DNA of 64,000 nt from Malacoraja senta. Taxonomy: Eukaryota. The stretch spans positions 23,810,001-23,874,000 of the forward strand of contig CM075988.1 in the NCBI GenBank assembly GCA_038087875.1, in the 5' to 3' direction. The notes beneath the pieces were generated by a model, which was not told the DNA's origin, searched no databases, and worked only from the letters and a program-made list of their open reading frames with translations. Positions 60,981 to 64,000 of the stretch are shown here, in pieces; position 1 is the stretch's first letter; every line of letters starts with the position of its first letter. The position numbers and the translations under genes are program-made.

Positions 60981-63900
60981 ACTTGAATTTATATACTGCC
61001 TTCATGTCCATTTCAGAATATTTTAAAGCACTCTAGGGCAAATAAAGTATTGTTGAAGGCAGCAGATAGGGAATCCAAGTTATTTACTGCTAGCTTCCAC
61101 CAAGATTACAGTAATGATGACCAGATAATCTGGTCTTCTGGTCAAATCTGCGCTGTACCTCACCTCCCACTCTTATGACTGATACTCTGGATCTGGGCCA
61201 AATACGTTGTTCCCAGACTCAGCAGATTTTGGAGTTCCACAAGTCAATGCCTTGGCCTGGGATCAAGGAAAGTGTCCTGCTTCTGACGTCTATTCTGTCA
61301 CTCTGGTGAGAATCAGGTGGCGCATCAGGTGAGGGCAAGATTAGGATCAATTCGCCTGGCCAGTTTACAACCCACTGAGTTGGATGATCAGCCATGATCA
61401 TATTGAATGGTGGTGCAGGCTCGAAGGGCCGAATGGCCTACTCCTGCACCTATTTTCTATGTTTCTATGTTTCTAGGAGTAGAAACGAACTGCAGATGCT
61501 GGCTTAAACCGAAGATCTACACAGAATGCTGGAGTAACTCAGCGGGACAGGCAGCATCTCTGGAGAGAAGGAATGGGTGACGTTTCGGGTCGAGACCCTT
61601 CTTCAGACTTCAGAACCAGCATCTGTAGTTCCTTCATACAACCAGCAGTCTGAGTATTGATATCTCTAACTTCAAGTAATCCTTGCATCCCCTCTCCCTC
61701 TGCATCCCTCCCCCACCTTAGTCATCGTTCTAGTGTTACCGTCTGTATAACTCGTTATCACCTGCCCCACAGCCAAAAATAGATCATTGTGGGCTCCACG
61801 TTTCCTCGATTATCGATGCTTTTTGCATATCTTCCATTCATTTGTCCTCAATACTGTCAATTTCCCTTGTTTCCCTTTCCCCTGACTCTCAGTCTGAAAA
61901 AAGGGTCTCGACCCGAAACGTCACCTATTCCTTTTCACCAGTGATGCTGCCTGTCCCGCTGAGTTACTCCAGCTTTTTGATTCTATCTTCGGTTTAAACC
62001 AGCATCTGCAGTTCCATGATGGTCCTCATGATTAGATATTTAAATCAGACTCTTTTGGTTCACTTTATATGTCAAGGGTGCCAGTTCAGGAAAGTTATAG
62101 TGAAAATATAAAAAGTGAGGTATTGAGTCAAACCTGTTTCTGAACTAAAGCAACATTGCTGATGTTTCAGCAACATGTCTCTCAGGATGTGAGTGGCGAT
62201 ACCCTTTAATGCCAATCTCCGAGAACTATCAATCCTCTGCACCCCATTGCAAGCATCATTTGAAAATCTTCCTTTTTATGTATTTCAACACTTCAACGAA
62301 CCCCATTATTGGTTCAGGAACAAATAACAAAGCACTGAAGGAACTCAGTGGGCCAAGCACCTGCAGAGGCAAAACAATAGTCGAAGTTTGGGACTGATGC
62401 ATGGACCCTGGAACAGCGCCCACTCTTTTGCCTCCACAGATGCTGCTTGGTCTGCTGAGTTCCTCCGGCAGTTTGGTTTTGCTCCAGATTCCAGCAACCG
62501 CAACCTCTCGTGTGGGGTGGAAGATTGCAACCATCACGTTGTCCGCCCCGTTTCAACGAATGCAATCAGCCTGGCGTACACAATCAAATAAGATCAAATA
62601 GAACAAGTTGTCCTACAACTTTAGGCTGTGCACGCCATACGCAAGAAGAATCTCTTGTGTCTCTATTGTGGGTTCTGCTTCCAACACTGTTTCTTGCCCG
62701 ACATTGATCCATAAGTATTCTCCATTTGAAGATCTCCAGCTCTGTCCTTGCTTTCTATTAGTGGATGCTCTTCATCAGTTCCCAACTTGCCAACCAGACT
62801 GTGCAGGAAGGAACTGCAGATGCTGGTTCAAACCGAAGACTGACACAAAAATGCTGGAGAAACTCAGCGGGACGGGCAGCAACTTTGGAGAGAAGGAATG
62901 GGTGACGTTTCAGGTCGAGACCCTTCTTCAGACTAGGAAGTCTGACTGTGGTGTTATCCCGAAGACAGATGCAAAATGCTGGAGCAACTCAGCGAGTCAG
63001 GCAGTATCTCTGCAGCCTCACTCTCTGGGCTCAGGGTGGCATGGATTAGAGTGGGAGGGATATTCAGAAAGGCAACAGCTCAAAGCCAAACGTATGTCGC
63101 AGTCAGCTGCCAATCCCTCTGAAACTGCAGTCTGTGGAAGGAACTCATCAACACACACAGAATGCACTGAGAGCAACCATTCAACAAGCAGAATGTTCTG
63201 GAAACTCTTCACTCAGTCCATGGAAAATTGGATAAATAAAACAGCCTTGTGAATTTATCCCCCAGAAGAAATGTTATTCTGTTTGGTTTCCTGACAGTGT
63301 TTGTGTCAAGAAATTGTCAGACAAATCTCTTGATTTTTTTCCTGGTTTGTCCGTTCCTAACTCTCACGGTGGGGTCTAACTCTGTGACCCTGCCAGAACC
63401 TGGTGAGCCACCTAGTGCTGCTCCTGCTACAGTGTGGATAGACACAAAGTGCTCGAGTAACTCAGCGGGGCAGGCAGCATCTCTGGAGAAAAGCAATGGG
63501 TGATGTTTCGGGTCGAGACCCTTCATCAGACTGAGGGAACAGGGAACCTTTACTGAACACACCCGCGGACGTCCACCAGCAAGTCTTCACCTCTTAAAAA
63601 TAGCGGAGTCAGGGGATATGGGGAGAAGGCAGGAACGGGGTACTGATTGGGGATGATCAGCCATGATCACATTGAATGGCGGTGCTGGCTCGAAGGGCCA
63701 AATGGCCTACTCCTGCACCTATTGTCTATTGTCTATTGTCTCACCCAAGCTCCAGGCTCAGCTCCACGCTGCAGGTTTCCCCGCTAAAAGATTCCCTCTC
63801 CCCTGAGGAAGGGTCAGTCTGAGGAAGAATCTCGACCCAAAACATCACATATTCCTTTTCTCGAGAGACTCTGATTTACTCCAGCATTTTGTGTCTGTCT

Positions 63901-64000
63901 CCAGGGTCAACCAACATCTGCAGTTCCTCCCTACTCATTTGTCCTACTACAGTGTAACGGACCCATGCTATCATAGGATAGGCTACACCTTAATTAGTAC

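Noticed and set aside
62608..63252. 214-aa ORF
   Set aside because: Patchwork of repeat ends (including PLE pLTR) and unique sequence, non-ATG start, no domain signature.

Overview
Repeat-rich vertebrate genomic DNA, almost certainly from a cartilaginous fish (probably a skate or ray), judged from HE1/V-SINE-type tRNA SINEs, HER1/CR1-type LINEs and abundant Penelope-like elements (PLEs). It contains one 200-N assembly gap. One host gene is clearly supported: uroplakin-2 (UPK2) on the minus strand. Four coding exons (9872-9920, 4837-4977, 3800-3941, 328-386) have canonical GT-AG sites and compatible phases. They spell a signal peptide, a pro-region with LPPC, a furin site (RNRR) and the start of the mature domain. 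The transmembrane exon lies off the left edge. The other ~54 kb is upstream/intergenic sequence, probably leading into the 5' end of the next gene (BCL9L, if human synteny holds; inference only). It is dominated by nested transposable elements: CR1 3' fragments of several subfamilies, SINEs, hAT and PIF/Harbinger MITEs with demonstrable target-site duplications (TSDs), and a young 5'-truncated RT+GIY-YIG PLE with an open ORF. Dozens of short PLE-terminus insertions carry a minimal hammerhead-ribozyme core and make 12-17 bp TSDs. Notable extras: local duplications of composite sequence (one near-adjacent inverted copy resembling a PLE transduction), a CpG-rich palindromic hAT MITE inside UPK2 intron 3, and unique islands with TCF/LEF, p63+GRHL, CTCF and MEF2 motif clusters.
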